A stretch of 64,000 bases of DNA from a virus (taxonomy: Duplodnaviria; Caudoviricetes). The notes below the pieces were generated by a model. The model was given only the letters and a program-made list of their open reading frames with translations, did no database searches and was not told the origin of the DNA. Made by a program: the position numbers and the translations under genes. Where the stretch lies: positions 1-64,000 of IMG/VR virus record IMGVR_UViG_3300031853_000015, one strand, 5' to 3'. Shown here piece after piece: positions 21,327 through 33,300 of this stretch (position 1 is the first letter of the stretch; each line of letters begins with the position of its first letter).

Positions 21327-24300
21327 ATGAATAGAGCATATTGTTATAGCCCTCAAGCTATTGATAAAAAACTGGCAAATTATATGAGTACTCGTCCTTA
21401 TGCTATAGCATGGACTCCTGGATTTATAGCTACTCTAAGAGGTGCTTATGATCTTGCCAATGGTTTCTCTGAAGAACAGGGTAAGGTTAATCCTATGTGG
21501 TCTTTAGATATAGATACTGAAGATTATGATGGAGACAGTGTACAAGCGGATAACCTTTATAATATAGCACAAACTTTAGCAGACTTTAGATTTGAGAAAA
21601 AGAAGGAACAAGCAAATGCTATAAATAATTTTAATGAAAATAGAACTGAAATATGGACAACTATTTCAGATAATTATTCTGATTTAAATACATTTTATCA
21701 GAGAGCTTCTCAACTTTCCTTCTATTTTATTCAAGCTGTAGATAATTATATAGAACAACAAAGGTTGGAGGGTAAAATATTCACTAGAAAGCAGATTATT
21801 GAAGGCATTCCTTTGGAAGATGAAGATGGTCATTATGTTATGTCTAATGGAAAGCCTATGATGGCAATAGATTCTGATAAAATATTTAGTGCTGTATTCA
21901 ATAGGTTTATGGAGGATTATTCTGAAAGAATGGATGATCCTAATACTAAAGAAGCAGCAAAGAAAGAATATTATCATAATGAGTATCAGAAGATATTTAA
22001 TCCTAAAGTATGGGCGGCTTTATTAATGGCCTCTAAAGCCCAGCTTAAACAAATGGAGGGATTAAAGGTTAGTCTTACTGATAATAGTGCTTCTGAAGTA
22101 GATTTAAGTACTCTTAATGATAATGATTTATCAGACTTATTTATTGCAGAAGAATCTGTCAGGGAAGGTTGGCAAGTAATTACAGATTGTTTATCTGCTT
22201 ATGGAAATCTTTCCAAAGAAGTTAGAAAGGCTTTGAGTTATATACCTTTATTAGATGAAAAAGGGCAAGCTTTAGAAGATGACTTAGGTTACGATATAAG
22301 AATGAGTTCTATAACTGCTTATCATGATTTAATGGATTTACTTAGGAATTGTCGAAGTAAATCCAAAATGATGAAACTTATTGAGAGAAGTCAAGGATTT
22401 AGAAGCCTTTATGATAAATTAGTTAATAATGAGGTTCTTCAGTCCCAATTATATAATAACTTTAGAAAAACATCCCAACTTTATGTACAGATACAATGGG
22501 AATGGAATAAAATTAAGTTTTATGTTTTAAATAAAACTAAAGGAGAGCATTCTGTAGGAAATTATTTATTTAGTATAAAATATCGTCCTGCAGGAAGTAG
22601 TATAGCTGCTTCTAGTAGAACTCATTGGAGCCAAGCAGATCTTGATTCTTTAAGCAACCTTTTAAAACAGTTTGAAGATAAATATGATTCTGATGGGAAG
22701 TTAACCTATAGTTTCTGGAAAGAAAGGGCAACTCAACAGGCAACCCTTCTACGTAAAGTTTTTAATGCTTTAGGTATAGCATATACTGATAAGGCCCTTT
22801 CTACTTTATTAGATAATAAAAAGAATCTTTCCGAGGTTGTTAAACAGCTTGCAGGTTTAAGCCAACATGGAGGATTAAAAAGTGAGAGAGCTGACACTGA
22901 AGGATACAATTTTTATGCTTGGCTTACTTATAAAACTAAAGAACAGGAAAAGGGTGATACTCAAGCTAAAATTGAAAAGATCATCACTAAACTTGAAGAG
23001 AGTGGTAATGGAATTGTTTATGAAAATAAATGTAGAACTGTAAATGGTAAAGGACAATCTGTTACTTACTATGGTGATGTACAGCCAAATTTTATGGGAG
23101 ACTTATTAGGCAAAATTCAATCTTTTGCTCAAGCATTTCCAGAAGAAAGGGAAGAAAGTAGAAAAGAATTTAAAGAGTGGTTACGTAATAAATATTTTTC
23201 TAGTTCTCAATTTTGCACAGATTTTGATGCAGAGGGTAATCCTAAATCTTCCAGTAATGTTAAAAACTTTTTATTAAGAACTCTTTGGGAAGAAGCTAAT
23301 GCTGATGTAACCAATGCTAGAATAGAAGCAACTAATAAGCAAAGAAAATTAGATAATGAGGCACCTCTTCCTTATGTTACTGATATGTTTGATGATAATA
23401 GCCTTACCTCTCAGTTTCGATTTATGAGAGTTGTAACAGGTAAGTATCAACAGACAGTCATTCCTTTTGAAAACTTTACTACTAAGCAACATTTTGAACA
23501 ATTAGTAGGTTCTTATTTTGCATTAGACACTCAATCGAATCAGCAAATGCAGGAATTTGTTTATGTTCCTGTATTTGTATTAGGAGACAGTGGAGTATGT
23601 AAAGTTCTTAAAATAAAAAGAAAATCTACTTTTGATGATTATCAAGATGATAAATTTAATGGAGATTCAGTTGTTGAAGAACTATATAACCTTTATGAGT
23701 CAGAACTTAGAAGAATGACTCTTTTCCAAAAATTTATTGAACAGAATAATAAAAAACATATTAAAAATAATCCTAATATACTCAAAACTTCCAAGAAATT
23801 TACAATGCTCACTTTCTTAAATGAAGAATTTAAAGGCAGAGACTTTAAAACTCTTGGAAAACAAGAAGTAAAACAGGCTATTAATAAGTACTTAGAAAAA
23901 GGATTTGCCGCATTTTTAAAAGTAGGAGAAAATACAGGAGCTCTCAAAGTAGATAGTTCTGGAAAACTAGGAAAGAATCCTATGTATCAAGATATATGTA
24001 GGATAGCAGATCCTAGGAAAGAAGCCCATTCTAAAACTCCTGCACTTAGGGAAAGGCTTAAAGAGCTTTATTATAATGTATATCTTTCCAATCTTTTACA
24101 GTATCAGATTTTTACTGGAGACTTAGGATATTACGAAAGTGTAAAGGAGTTTCAGAAGAGATATAAGGAAGTTCATGCTCCAGGAGAAGTATTGGATGTA
24201 AATGCTACTTGGAAAGGTAAGGAAGTAGTTAAGGCAAATGCTCAAGGACTTAAAACTCAAAAGACAATATATTTTGAAGATATTGGAGTCAGTGTAGAAG

Positions 24301-27300
24301 AAAATAATAAGGAGCTTGCTGAAGTACTTCTTAAATTACATTCCTCTGATAGAGCTGCAGCTGAAAAAGCCATCGCTGAGGGTATTTTAGAGCCTAAGAA
24401 AGGAATAGAAGAGGATGAAAGACAAAAGCGACTTAAAGAACTTTTAGGAAGTAATTATAATGTATATTTAAAGTTCATTACTACTCCTAAATCTGAAGTA
24501 ACACGTGGTTCAAGTGGTAGTTCTCAAACAGATGGTCAAGGTTTTAGGCATATAGATTCTTATAGAAAGATAGAAATAATGAGAGGTACTTGGAGTAGCA
24601 ATCCTCTTAAGGAAGTATTGTATCAAGAGGTCTCAACTATTAATGAAGATTGTATAAAGAATCATCGCAATCCTACTCCTGAAGAACTTGATAGAATTCA
24701 AGCCTTCCATGTGACAATAATGCCTTTAAAGCCTTACCTATTTACTATGGAAAAAGTACATATAAATGATGGAAAGACTGATGATAATCTGTTTGTTCCT
24801 GTACAACATAAATATGCAGAAGCTATATTAATTCCTTGCCTGCTTCCTGTTGGAAGTAAACTTAGAGAAGTAGCTGAGTATATGGGAGAGAATAATATTG
24901 ATTTGATATGTTCTGATTCTGTAGTAAAGGTAGGTATGTGGGGACAAACTGATATTGAGGAAAAGAGTTCCACTGACATTTCTAGCTTTGTTAATGAGGC
25001 AAAGAAGAATATTAGTAAACTGCCTTCATCAGTTAAAACTGATAGCAGTCCTCTTAGAATAATGAGTATTGAAAAGGGTCTTGATTTTAATATTTCTGTA
25101 GGAGAAACCTATAATGTCAAGTTAGATGATAAAAATGCTCAATATCATATTCTTGGGTATGAACAAGATGGAGATCAACATCTTTCTAAAATATGGTTTA
25201 CATCTTCTGAAGCTCCCAATAAAGTATCTAGTTTAGTAGGAAGCACTCTTGCAGAATTTATTGATGCTGCAGGTAGTCATAATCCCATTAAAGCTAATAC
25301 TAACAGTACTATAAATATTAAGGATAATCTATCAAAAGCTGTTATACATGAATTGAATTATGAAGATTATAGAATTCAATCTAATGTTCCTGAACATATA
25401 AATGTAGAAAGGGCATTGGGTACTCAGATAAGGAAACTTATTATGGGTAATATTAATATGTTTTCTAAGGATGTTTATGGATACTTAAAAGATAAAAATG
25501 GAGAAGATATATCTTTTAGACTTACTAAAGGAGGAAGTAAAATGAAACTTACTGGTAGAAATCTAGTTTCTTTATATACTTCTCTTATAGTAGCTAATAT
25601 GATGCAATCTTTTGCTAAGTTTAAAAGAAATATTGAAAATGAAAAGAAATTAAGTACCCTTCTTACTTCTGCTATTGTTAATAATGATAGGTACTCTTTA
25701 CATCAATTGCTAGACATAGCAGTTAATGATGGCGAGTTTGCTACTCCTTTATATGAAGGTTCTATAGAGCATGATACTATAAGTATGATAGCCAGTATCT
25801 TCAGAAAAGAAGTTAATAAGCAGGATATGAATGGAGGTAGTGCTGTACAAGTTTCTGATTGGGGAATTACTGCTAAAGAAGAAGTTACAGGTACTGAAAG
25901 ACCTCTTAAATTTGTAACGGATGTAAATAATGAAAATGTATTATATGCAGAAATTGAAATTCCTTTTAACTTTACTTATATCAATTCTGATGGTATAGAA
26001 GTGGCTTTGGACTTTAATACTTATTGTAACCCTGATGGAACTTTTAAATTAACAGGTAATACTATTGATATAAAAGGAGTCAAAGTAGCAGAAACTAAAA
26101 TAGAGCATGATTTTCCTGGCATACTAGACATAATTGCATATAGAATTCCTTCAGAAAGATGTTACTCAATGCTTAATTGTAGAGTAGTCAGATGTTCCAA
26201 TATGACAGCTGGAGGTACTATAAGAGTTCCAGCCCAAGGTACTACTATTGCAGGTTTTGACTTTGATATTGATAAGTTATACTTATTAAGAAGAAGTTTT
26301 GTTAAACGAAGAGTAGCTGTAGAATCTGCATATTCAGGAGCCGAAAAGTATGATATTTTTGCTAAAATATATGCTATGGATGCTGAAAGACAAAGAGTTC
26401 TTGAAGCTAAAGATAAGTCTCAAAAAGCAAATATTATTAATGCTCAAGCAGAGAAGACTTTAAGAGAAATGAATCAAGATCCTGATGATTATGCTTCAGT
26501 AGAATCTCTTTGGGAAGAACTTTTTATAAATCTAGAAAGTCCTTATACTACAGTATATGAAGAACTAAGTAATGAAGATAAAGATTATTTAGAGAATAAG
26601 CTCATAATACCAGGAGAAAGATTAAAAAATGTAATTTTCTTAAGCAATCTCTTTAATGAGGAGAAAAGACGTAAAGTTTCAGAAATCTCCGATGATAAAA
26701 TTTACAAAGGATCTGAAGTTTTTCATATGTTATTTGATGAACTGAATAATGGTCAAATAAGTAAAAAAGGTTGGAAAATTTATAATAAATTAGACTATTC
26801 TCAGGAATATTATGATGAGGAACAAGTAAGAGAAGATGAAGACTATATTCCTTCTTCTGCTATAATATCTAAGTTAAGAGCTATAAGAGAAGCTTCAGGA
26901 GAATATCACTATGAAAAAACTGCCAAAGGAAAAGTAAAGAAGGTTTATGATAAGGCTTTAGCTGAATACTGGAATACTATGATTGAGCAGAATCCTTATA
27001 TGGAAGGTGAAGATGCTTATGATAAAGGCAAACTCTTTGAACAAGCAGCAAAAGAACTTGGCTTATGGAAAGAGATTGAATATAAGGAAGAACTTGAAAA
27101 TTATGATTTTGATAAAGGAGTAACACAGAATAGTAGGTCCTCTAGAAATAATCTTATCTTTGAGTTAATGAGACAGAGACTTATGGACCCTGAGACTCTT
27201 AGAGATAGGTTAACTCCGGGTGGATTTGATAATTCTAGAAATGCTGCTGCATATTTGAAAAAGCTTCTACATATTAATGAAGAACAAGATGCTGCAGATC

Positions 27301-30300
27301 CAAGTACTCTATTATTCTATAATCAGCTTAATCAAGTAGCTGCTAAATTAATTGGTGTATTTGCTAATCAAAGCACTAATCACCAATTATCATCTATAAT
27401 AAGAAGTTTAGATTTGAGAGAACCTATTCTTTTCGATGGTATGATTGATGCTAAACTTATTAAAAGCACAGAAGCCTTGGAAGGACTAGAAGATACTGAG
27501 AAAGAAGAAAAAATAGGGCGTAGTTTATTATCTAAAATTATACAGTTGAAGGATGGTACTATAGTAGATATAGATTTAAACCTTGCAGAATTCCTTGCTG
27601 CTTCTGTAGATGCTGTAAAGGATCCTGTATTGAATTATCTTAACTTTAATACCACTACTGCCTCAGTAGGAGCCTTACTTGCTAGAATGGGCTATGCTAC
27701 CAAGGATATAGGACTTTTATTTAATCAGCCTATAATTAAAGAGGTATGTGATATTATTCAAAATAGTGGTAATACATTATCCTTTAATAGTGTAAAGAGT
27801 GATATTATTAAAAAATATGGTACTTATGATGAATATAAAAAGATTGCAACTGATGTAACATCTGAAACATTAGAAGACACTATAACCAGATATATAGATG
27901 TTTCTGAAAAAGCTCCTAATGCTCAAGAGGCCTTTCAATCTCTAAAGCAAGAGAAAGATTATATGCAGACACAATTAGCTGCATTGAAAATATTTGATCA
28001 GGCCTTCAAAGCTTCCAGAGAATTAAACAATTTTATAAATACCACTAAATTCACTGCGGCAAATGCTGTAGGCAGTACTTTAGGCTTCTTTTATAATCAG
28101 CAATATAAAGTAGAAGATTATGTTAATCAATCAGACAACATGTTAAAGATGGTTATTTATGAATCTCTTAAGAATGCTCAGGAAATACAAGAGGGTTCTA
28201 AAGAAGTACAAGATAAGTCTCTTAACACTAAAATACCAAGCAGTCTGGTTAATGATAGAGAAGCTTATATAAAATCTCAAATAGAAAATCCTTTTGCTTT
28301 TGAGCAGTGTATGTATGATTTAAATAAGGAATTTCTTAAAATATTAAGTAAGTACTATCCTTATGATAAAGCTATTTATAAAAATAGAAGAGAGGTATTA
28401 AGAGATTTTTTAGCTTATACTAGAGTATTGGATGCAGAAACTATAGATTATGCCCATAGAGAAACTATGCAGCATATATTAAGTTCCACTGATAGTGCCT
28501 TTAATCCTACAGCTATTTATGTCAATGAAGCAGGTGAAGAAATATTGATAGATACTGATAAAAAGGATCTTGATGGTAATCCTATTAAGCGTCCCTTAAC
28601 TAATAGAGAATATTATTTATATCAATTTCCTATTGAATTGTTTAATATGGAGGGAGTTCCCAGAATTGATGCTTTAAAAGAGAAATATCTCAAATTTACC
28701 TATTCAACACATACAGACACAACTACTGGAAAAGTTAATGCACAATTAAATATATCTGTAGATTTAGCTGTAGAACAAACAGATAAAAATACTTTTACTA
28801 ATCTTTGGGCACAGTTAGCTTCTCAGCATTCAGACCCTCTTCATATAAACCAGATAAAAGTAGACTTTATAAAAAAGTATATAAAACTTCATTATCTTAT
28901 TCCAATGGATATTACATTGAAGAATTTAGAGCGTGCTAAAGGAGAACGTTATGAAGCTTTAAATAAAAAATATGAAGACTATGAAGAAAAATTGAAAGAT
29001 TTCTTAAAAGATATACTGTCCTCAGAACAGTTAGAAGAAACACTTACATTTGCTAATGCAGAAACCTTTATAAACGTTTATAATGTAGATAGAATTAATC
29101 TTCCTGCTGAGGAACAAGAAGCATTAAATAAAGAAATCCAAAAGAAAATAAATATGGATAATATATGTAATAAAGTAGCTTTAGGACTATATTTTCATAA
29201 TTATTATAGAACTGGTTTTGGTACAGGTCCTTTTAGCTTCACACAATTTACTCCTATTGAAGTGAAAAATCTTATTGAAATAGGAGAGGGGGCAGACAGA
29301 ATGCCTTATCTAGATTATATAAGGCCTGATAATTTGGAAACCTTAGCTACTGCAGCAATTAAAGGCAGGTATCCTAGAAGTGCTGTTGAATTTGCTTATA
29401 TGTATGCTTTAAATCATACAGATGATTACAAACTTGTCACACCTATGCCTTCTACAGGTAATCAAACATATGCCTCCTATTTTGTAGATGCTTATGGCTA
29501 TGCTACTTCAAAGTTTTCTATTGATATACACACTGCTGAAAAAGATATTAAGGAGGCTGATAAGAAGTTTGTTATGGCTGTAGATAAAGAAACAGGAGAT
29601 TTTAAGGTACATCCTGTTATTAGAAGGGGTGGACAAATTTATGTAGCCACTATAGATGGAGAATATAATTTTACTGGTAATATATTTGATTCCTCCAGGC
29701 ACATAGTTACTTATATGAATGTACCTATCTTAGGAAAGAAAAATGTTTCTACTACATATGCCTCTACTTTAGATGAAGCTTTAGCAATAAAGAAGGGAGA
29801 TGCAGAAGTGCTTACAGCAATTGAACAATCTATAAGTGATACAATTAAAGAAGATATTATAAGAAGACAACTGGAAGAAAAAGGAGAAGAAGTTGATGTT
29901 GATGATCTTCTACATCAAAGTGAAGAGGTACCCTCGGAAACTGTTGAGGAAAATCCAATAGGGGCTAACTTTGCAGAAGATGATTCTTATACTGAAGAAG
30001 ATGTAGATGCTCTTATGGAGAGAATATCTGAATGTAATCAAGTAAATGAAGATTTCTTATTGGAATATGTTTTAAAAACTTATGATGAAACAGCTCCTGA
30101 AGATCAAGAGGTTGTAAGAGAAAAAGCTGTACCTGCTATTAAAGAAAAATTAAATAAAGCAGTAGAAGAAGGTCTTCCTGCATCTATGCAAAATACTAAG
30201 GTAGCAGAAGCTTATAAAAAGCAACTTCTAATTGAACAATTAGCAAACAGATTAAAAGCCGATGTAAAAGCAGGAAGAATTGAAGTTTATACAAAATTAA

Positions 30301-30320
30301 CAAAAGAAAAAATATGCTAA
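21327..30320 (+). CDS. crAss-like (virion) DNA-directed RNA polymerase, ~2997 aa, no in-frame TAG
   Basis: Uninterrupted ORF. YRIPSE...PAQGTTIAGFDFDIDKL carries the DFDID catalytic motif of the phi14:2 gp66 family (~26259-26273); also FLAASVDAVKDP and HKYAE. Confidence 0.9.
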   Translation: MNRAYCYSPQAIDKKLANYMSTRPYAIAWTPGFIATLRGAYDLANGFSEEQGKVNPMWSLDIDTEDYDGDSVQADNLYNIAQTLADFRFEKKKEQANAINNFNENRTEIWTTISDNYSDLNTFYQRASQLSFYFIQAVDNYIEQQRLEGKIFTRKQIIEGIPLEDEDGHYVMSNGKPMMAIDSDKIFSAVFNRFMEDYSERMDDPNTKEAAKKEYYHNEYQKIFNPKVWAALLMASKAQLKQMEGLKVSLTDNSASEVDLSTLNDNDLSDLFIAEESVREGWQVITDCLSAYGNLSKEVRKALSYIPLLDEKGQALEDDLGYDIRMSSITAYHDLMDLLRNCRSKSKMMKLIERSQGFRSLYDKLVNNEVLQSQLYNNFRKTSQLYVQIQWEWNKIKFYVLNKTKGEHSVGNYLFSIKYRPAGSSIAASSRTHWSQADLDSLSNLLKQFEDKYDSDGKLTYSFWKERATQQATLLRKVFNALGIAYTDKALSTLLDNKKNLSEVVKQLAGLSQHGGLKSERADTEGYNFYAWLTYKTKEQEKGDTQAKIEKIITKLEESGNGIVYENKCRTVNGKGQSVTYYGDVQPNFMGDLLGKIQSFAQAFPEEREESRKEFKEWLRNKYFSSSQFCTDFDAEGNPKSSSNVKNFLLRTLWEEANADVTNARIEATNKQRKLDNEAPLPYVTDMFDDNSLTSQFRFMRVVTGKYQQTVIPFENFTTKQHFEQLVGSYFALDTQSNQQMQEFVYVPVFVLGDSGVCKVLKIKRKSTFDDYQDDKFNGDSVVEELYNLYESELRRMTLFQKFIEQNNKKHIKNNPNILKTSKKFTMLTFLNEEFKGRDFKTLGKQEVKQAINKYLEKGFAAFLKVGENTGALKVDSSGKLGKNPMYQDICRIADPRKEAHSKTPALRERLKELYYNVYLSNLLQYQIFTGDLGYYESVKEFQKRYKEVHAPGEVLDVNATWKGKEVVKANAQGLKTQKTIYFEDIGVSVEENNKELAEVLLKLHSSDRAAAEKAIAEGILEPKKGIEEDERQKRLKELLGSNYNVYLKFITTPKSEVTRGSSGSSQTDGQGFRHIDSYRKIEIMRGTWSSNPLKEVLYQEVSTINEDCIKNHRNPTPEELDRIQAFHVTIMPLKPYLFTMEKVHINDGKTDDNLFVPVQHKYAEAILIPCLLPVGSKLREVAEYMGENNIDLICSDSVVKVGMWGQTDIEEKSSTDISSFVNEAKKNISKLPSSVKTDSSPLRIMSIEKGLDFNISVGETYNVKLDDKNAQYHILGYEQDGDQHLSKIWFTSSEAPNKVSSLVGSTLAEFIDAAGSHNPIKANTNSTINIKDNLSKAVIHELNYEDYRIQSNVPEHINVERALGTQIRKLIMGNINMFSKDVYGYLKDKNGEDISFRLTKGGSKMKLTGRNLVSLYTSLIVANMMQSFAKFKRNIENEKKLSTLLTSAIVNNDRYSLHQLLDIAVNDGEFATPLYEGSIEHDTISMIASIFRKEVNKQDMNGGSAVQVSDWGITAKEEVTGTERPLKFVTDVNNENVLYAEIEIPFNFTYINSDGIEVALDFNTYCNPDGTFKLTGNTIDIKGVKVAETKIEHDFPGILDIIAYRIPSERCYSMLNCRVVRCSNMTAGGTIRVPAQGTTIAGFDFDIDKLYLLRRSFVKRRVAVESAYSGAEKYDIFAKIYAMDAERQRVLEAKDKSQKANIINAQAEKTLREMNQDPDDYASVESLWEELFINLESPYTTVYEELSNEDKDYLENKLIIPGERLKNVIFLSNLFNEEKRRKVSEISDDKIYKGSEVFHMLFDELNNGQISKKGWKIYNKLDYSQEYYDEEQVREDEDYIPSSAIISKLRAIREASGEYHYEKTAKGKVKKVYDKALAEYWNTMIEQNPYMEGEDAYDKGKLFEQAAKELGLWKEIEYKEELENYDFDKGVTQNSRSSRNNLIFELMRQRLMDPETLRDRLTPGGFDNSRNAAAYLKKLLHINEEQDAADPSTLLFYNQLNQVAAKLIGVFANQSTNHQLSSIIRSLDLREPILFDGMIDAKLIKSTEALEGLEDTEKEEKIGRSLLSKIIQLKDGTIVDIDLNLAEFLAASVDAVKDPVLNYLNFNTTTASVGALLARMGYATKDIGLLFNQPIIKEVCDIIQNSGNTLSFNSVKSDIIKKYGTYDEYKKIATDVTSETLEDTITRYIDVSEKAPNAQEAFQSLKQEKDYMQTQLAALKIFDQAFKASRELNNFINTTKFTAANAVGSTLGFFYNQQYKVEDYVNQSDNMLKMVIYESLKNAQEIQEGSKEVQDKSLNTKIPSSLVNDREAYIKSQIENPFAFEQCMYDLNKEFLKILSKYYPYDKAIYKNRREVLRDFLAYTRVLDAETIDYAHRETMQHILSSTDSAFNPTAIYVNEAGEEILIDTDKKDLDGNPIKRPLTNREYYLYQFPIELFNMEGVPRIDALKEKYLKFTYSTHTDTTTGKVNAQLNISVDLAVEQTDKNTFTNLWAQLASQHSDPLHINQIKVDFIKKYIKLHYLIPMDITLKNLERAKGERYEALNKKYEDYEEKLKDFLKDILSSEQLEETLTFANAETFINVYNVDRINLPAEEQEALNKEIQKKINMDNICNKVALGLYFHNYYRTGFGTGPFSFTQFTPIEVKNLIEIGEGADRMPYLDYIRPDNLETLATAAIKGRYPRSAVEFAYMYALNHTDDYKLVTPMPSTGNQTYASYFVDAYGYATSKFSIDIHTAEKDIKEADKKFVMAVDKETGDFKVHPVIRRGGQIYVATIDGEYNFTGNIFDSSRHIVTYMNVPILGKKNVSTTYASTLDEALAIKKGDAEVLTAIEQSISDTIKEDIIRRQLEEKGEEVDVDDLLHQSEEVPSETVEENPIGANFAEDDSYTEEDVDALMERISECNQVNEDFLLEYVLKTYDETAPEDQEVVREKAVPAIKEKLNKAVEEGLPASMQNTKVAEAYKKQLLIEQLANRLKADVKAGRIEVYTKLTKEKIC

Positions 30321-30321
30321 T

Positions 30322-33300
30322 ATGAGTAAATGTGTATTTAATTTTGATGCTAAAAATGAATTTACTGGGGAAATAACTCAAAGTATACTTTGGTAGAGTT
30401 TGAGAACCCACTTCAAAGATAATTATGTCATGGCAAAAGCTTATTATAAGATTGCCACAGATGAAGAATTTTTGAATTTAGCAAAAGACCGTCTTTCATT
30501 CAATGATCAAGGGGACCCCACCCTTGAATCATTGATGGAAGCACTGGGGGAAAACATAGATAAAGAAAACTTAAGAGGCATTATTGAAAAAGGTTTAGGT
30601 GAAGGTAAGCCTATGGATTATAGTACTGCTATATACAAAATATAGGCATACAATAAAACATATCCTGATTCTAAATTTATAGCCTCTTTTGAAGAAAATA
30701 ATGATGGTACTGTTACTATTAAAGCTCTAGACAATACTGCTAAAAACAAAGCTAAATTATTAAGCAAAATTAAAGATAGGGCTTTAATAGACAGAATGAT
30801 GTATTATCTTAGAAATGCAGGAGTAGATGTTAAATTCTTAGAAGATGGAACATAGTCTGTTTATAGTACTGAAAATGCTGAAAAAAATGCTTAGGGGCTT
30901 TATGAACTTATCTAGCTATCTAATACCTCAAATAGAAGTATTCGTGAAGATTTAACTGAACATTGCGGAAATTTAATTATTGACATATTAGGAAAAAACC
31001 ATCCTTTAGTTTCAAGATTAATGACTGCCTTATAGAATAAAGACTTCTATCAAACTATTATAGAAAATGAGGTTCCTAACTTTTTACAGCATAGATTTTC
31101 CAATGAAGGAGATGCCAGGGTTTTAGCAGGATGGTTAATAGGCAAATAGCTAGAAATGGGAGCAGACAGAGCTATGAAAGCTGATAGTTTCTTAGGAAAA
31201 ATTTTTAAAGTAGTAGGAAACCTCATTAATAGAATGGTAGATCTTGTTAAATATATTTTAAAAAAGATTCCAAGTAAAGAGTATGCTGCATCTTTGAGAC
31301 AAGTTAATGATATAGCCTTATAGATTGCTCAAGGATTTGCTTCCCCTAATTTTCAAGGAATATCTGAAGAAGAGATAGAAAATATTAATACTAGTTTTAT
31401 CAAAGATACTATTAATCCCTTAAAACTTTCTACTAATGTTAGGGTTACTAAAAAAGCTTTAGATGAGATTAACAGGTTTGTATAGAGAGTGAAACTTTAT
31501 GATACTAATTTTTATAAAGGCCTGCAAAAAGACTTATCTAAAGTAGAAGGATTTATTGATTTTACTAAAGTACTCTCTGCAGATAAAACTATTATGGATG
31601 AAGAAGCTATGGTAGCTTTAGTAAATGCTGTACAAATGCTAATCTCAAACCATAATACTATTGTAGAAAGATTAAATAAAATTGATTTTACTGCAGAAGC
31701 TGATTTTACTAAGAATATGGGTAAATATGCTAACTATATAAGAAGTGCTTTGGCCTATGCTTATACTGCAGAGAATATTGTTAAATTAATAAAGCAATAT
31801 ACAGTAAATGATAAAACTCTTCCTTCTGAAGTTGTATTAAATGATTTTACACAAATCAAAGTACCAGCTAAATATGGAGGAATGACTTATGTAGACCTAA
31901 CAGAAATTAATAAAAGATTAGACACTCTAGTTAACTCTGCAGGAGGTATGTTCCGAGTTGTAAAAGCAAAGTAGAAAGCTTATGTTTTGAGATTCCTTAC
32001 TGAAGCTATAGGCAGTCCTCAAATAGAAGTAGCTAGTAGAGTAATAGGATTTAAAGGTGCTGTAGAGGATGAACATATTTTGACCATAGAACAGATTATG
32101 GATGAGTTAGGCAATGATTTAAATTGGTGGGAAAGATATTTTTCTTCTATGTCTAACAATCCTGATATTTGGGGATAGGCCTTTGATAAAATAACTAAGA
32201 TAGCCAAACTTAATGCTAATAGATAGTATTTAAAAGACCGTGATGAATTAATATTAATAGAGCAGTATGCTTAGGATAAACATGTAAAGTTTGAAAAACT
32301 CTTTGATAGAGATGATAAGAATATTCCTACAGGATATTTAATAGGATATATTGATTATAATGGAGACCGTTTAGGTGTAGACTGGGCCAAATGGCAAGAA
32401 GACTTTGATGAATTTACTAAAAGGAAAAAGGACGAATTTCAAAAAATATATCAAAAGGAATTAGCCAAAGCAAGAGAAGCTAAAAGAGCAGTACTATGGA
32501 ATGCTTTTTTTAAGGAAGCGTATAAAGAATGGCATAAAGAGAATTCTGTAACAATTGTAGAAAGAAATACGGAAGGAAAGGTTATTAGATATGTTAATAT
32601 GCCTAATCCAAGTAAGGAAAAATATGGTTCTGATAAATATGATAAATTATCTAAAGATGAGAAAGATGTATTAGATGAGTATCTTAAATGGAAAATCAAA
32701 TAGGATAAAAAGCTTCCTAAAGGATCTACTTTAACTTTTAGAGTCCCTTAGATTTTAGGTTCTACTGTAAATCAAATACGTAATAGAAGACTTACAAAAC
32801 AGAATCTTCCAAAGGCAATACTTACTACTTTGATGTAGAATATATGTGACACTGTTGTAAAAAATGCAAATGATATAGATTTTGGTAGTGATCTTACAGT
32901 AAATGCACCAGATGTATTAAATGATAGATTGGCATATGAAGATGATAAAGTCGAAAGGATTCCTTTGTTTTATATTAATAGATTATCTGAAGAACATAGA
33001 ATAAGACTATCTACAGATCTTATAGGAAGTAGTATGGCCTATTCTGCTATGACAAACCAATATAATTATCTACAAAAGATTAAAGATTCTTTGGAACTTA
33101 GTCATGACTAGATGAAGGATAGGATTGTTAAAGTAAGAGGAAAGGTAGGGCCTGATCAGGGGCAATCTAATGCATATAAGAGAGTTACTACCTTTATGGA
33201 GAAAGAATTATATGGCTTGTAGTTTGGTTATAAAATGTCTGGTATGCAAGCAGCTCTTGCAAAATTAGTATAGTTGTCTACAGCATTGGCTTCAAGGATG

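Noticed and set aside
21327-30320. Intron, intein or homing endonuclease in the RNAP or capsid gene
   Set aside because: The frames are continuous, and I recognised no splicing motifs or LAGLIDADG/HNH/GIY-YIG signatures. A size comparison with orthologs would be needed to exclude this fully.
30950-30985. Zincin protease motif in the RNAP partner gene (LTEHCGNL)
   Set aside because: It does not match HExxH; at most a degenerate remnant, which cannot be supported without alignment.
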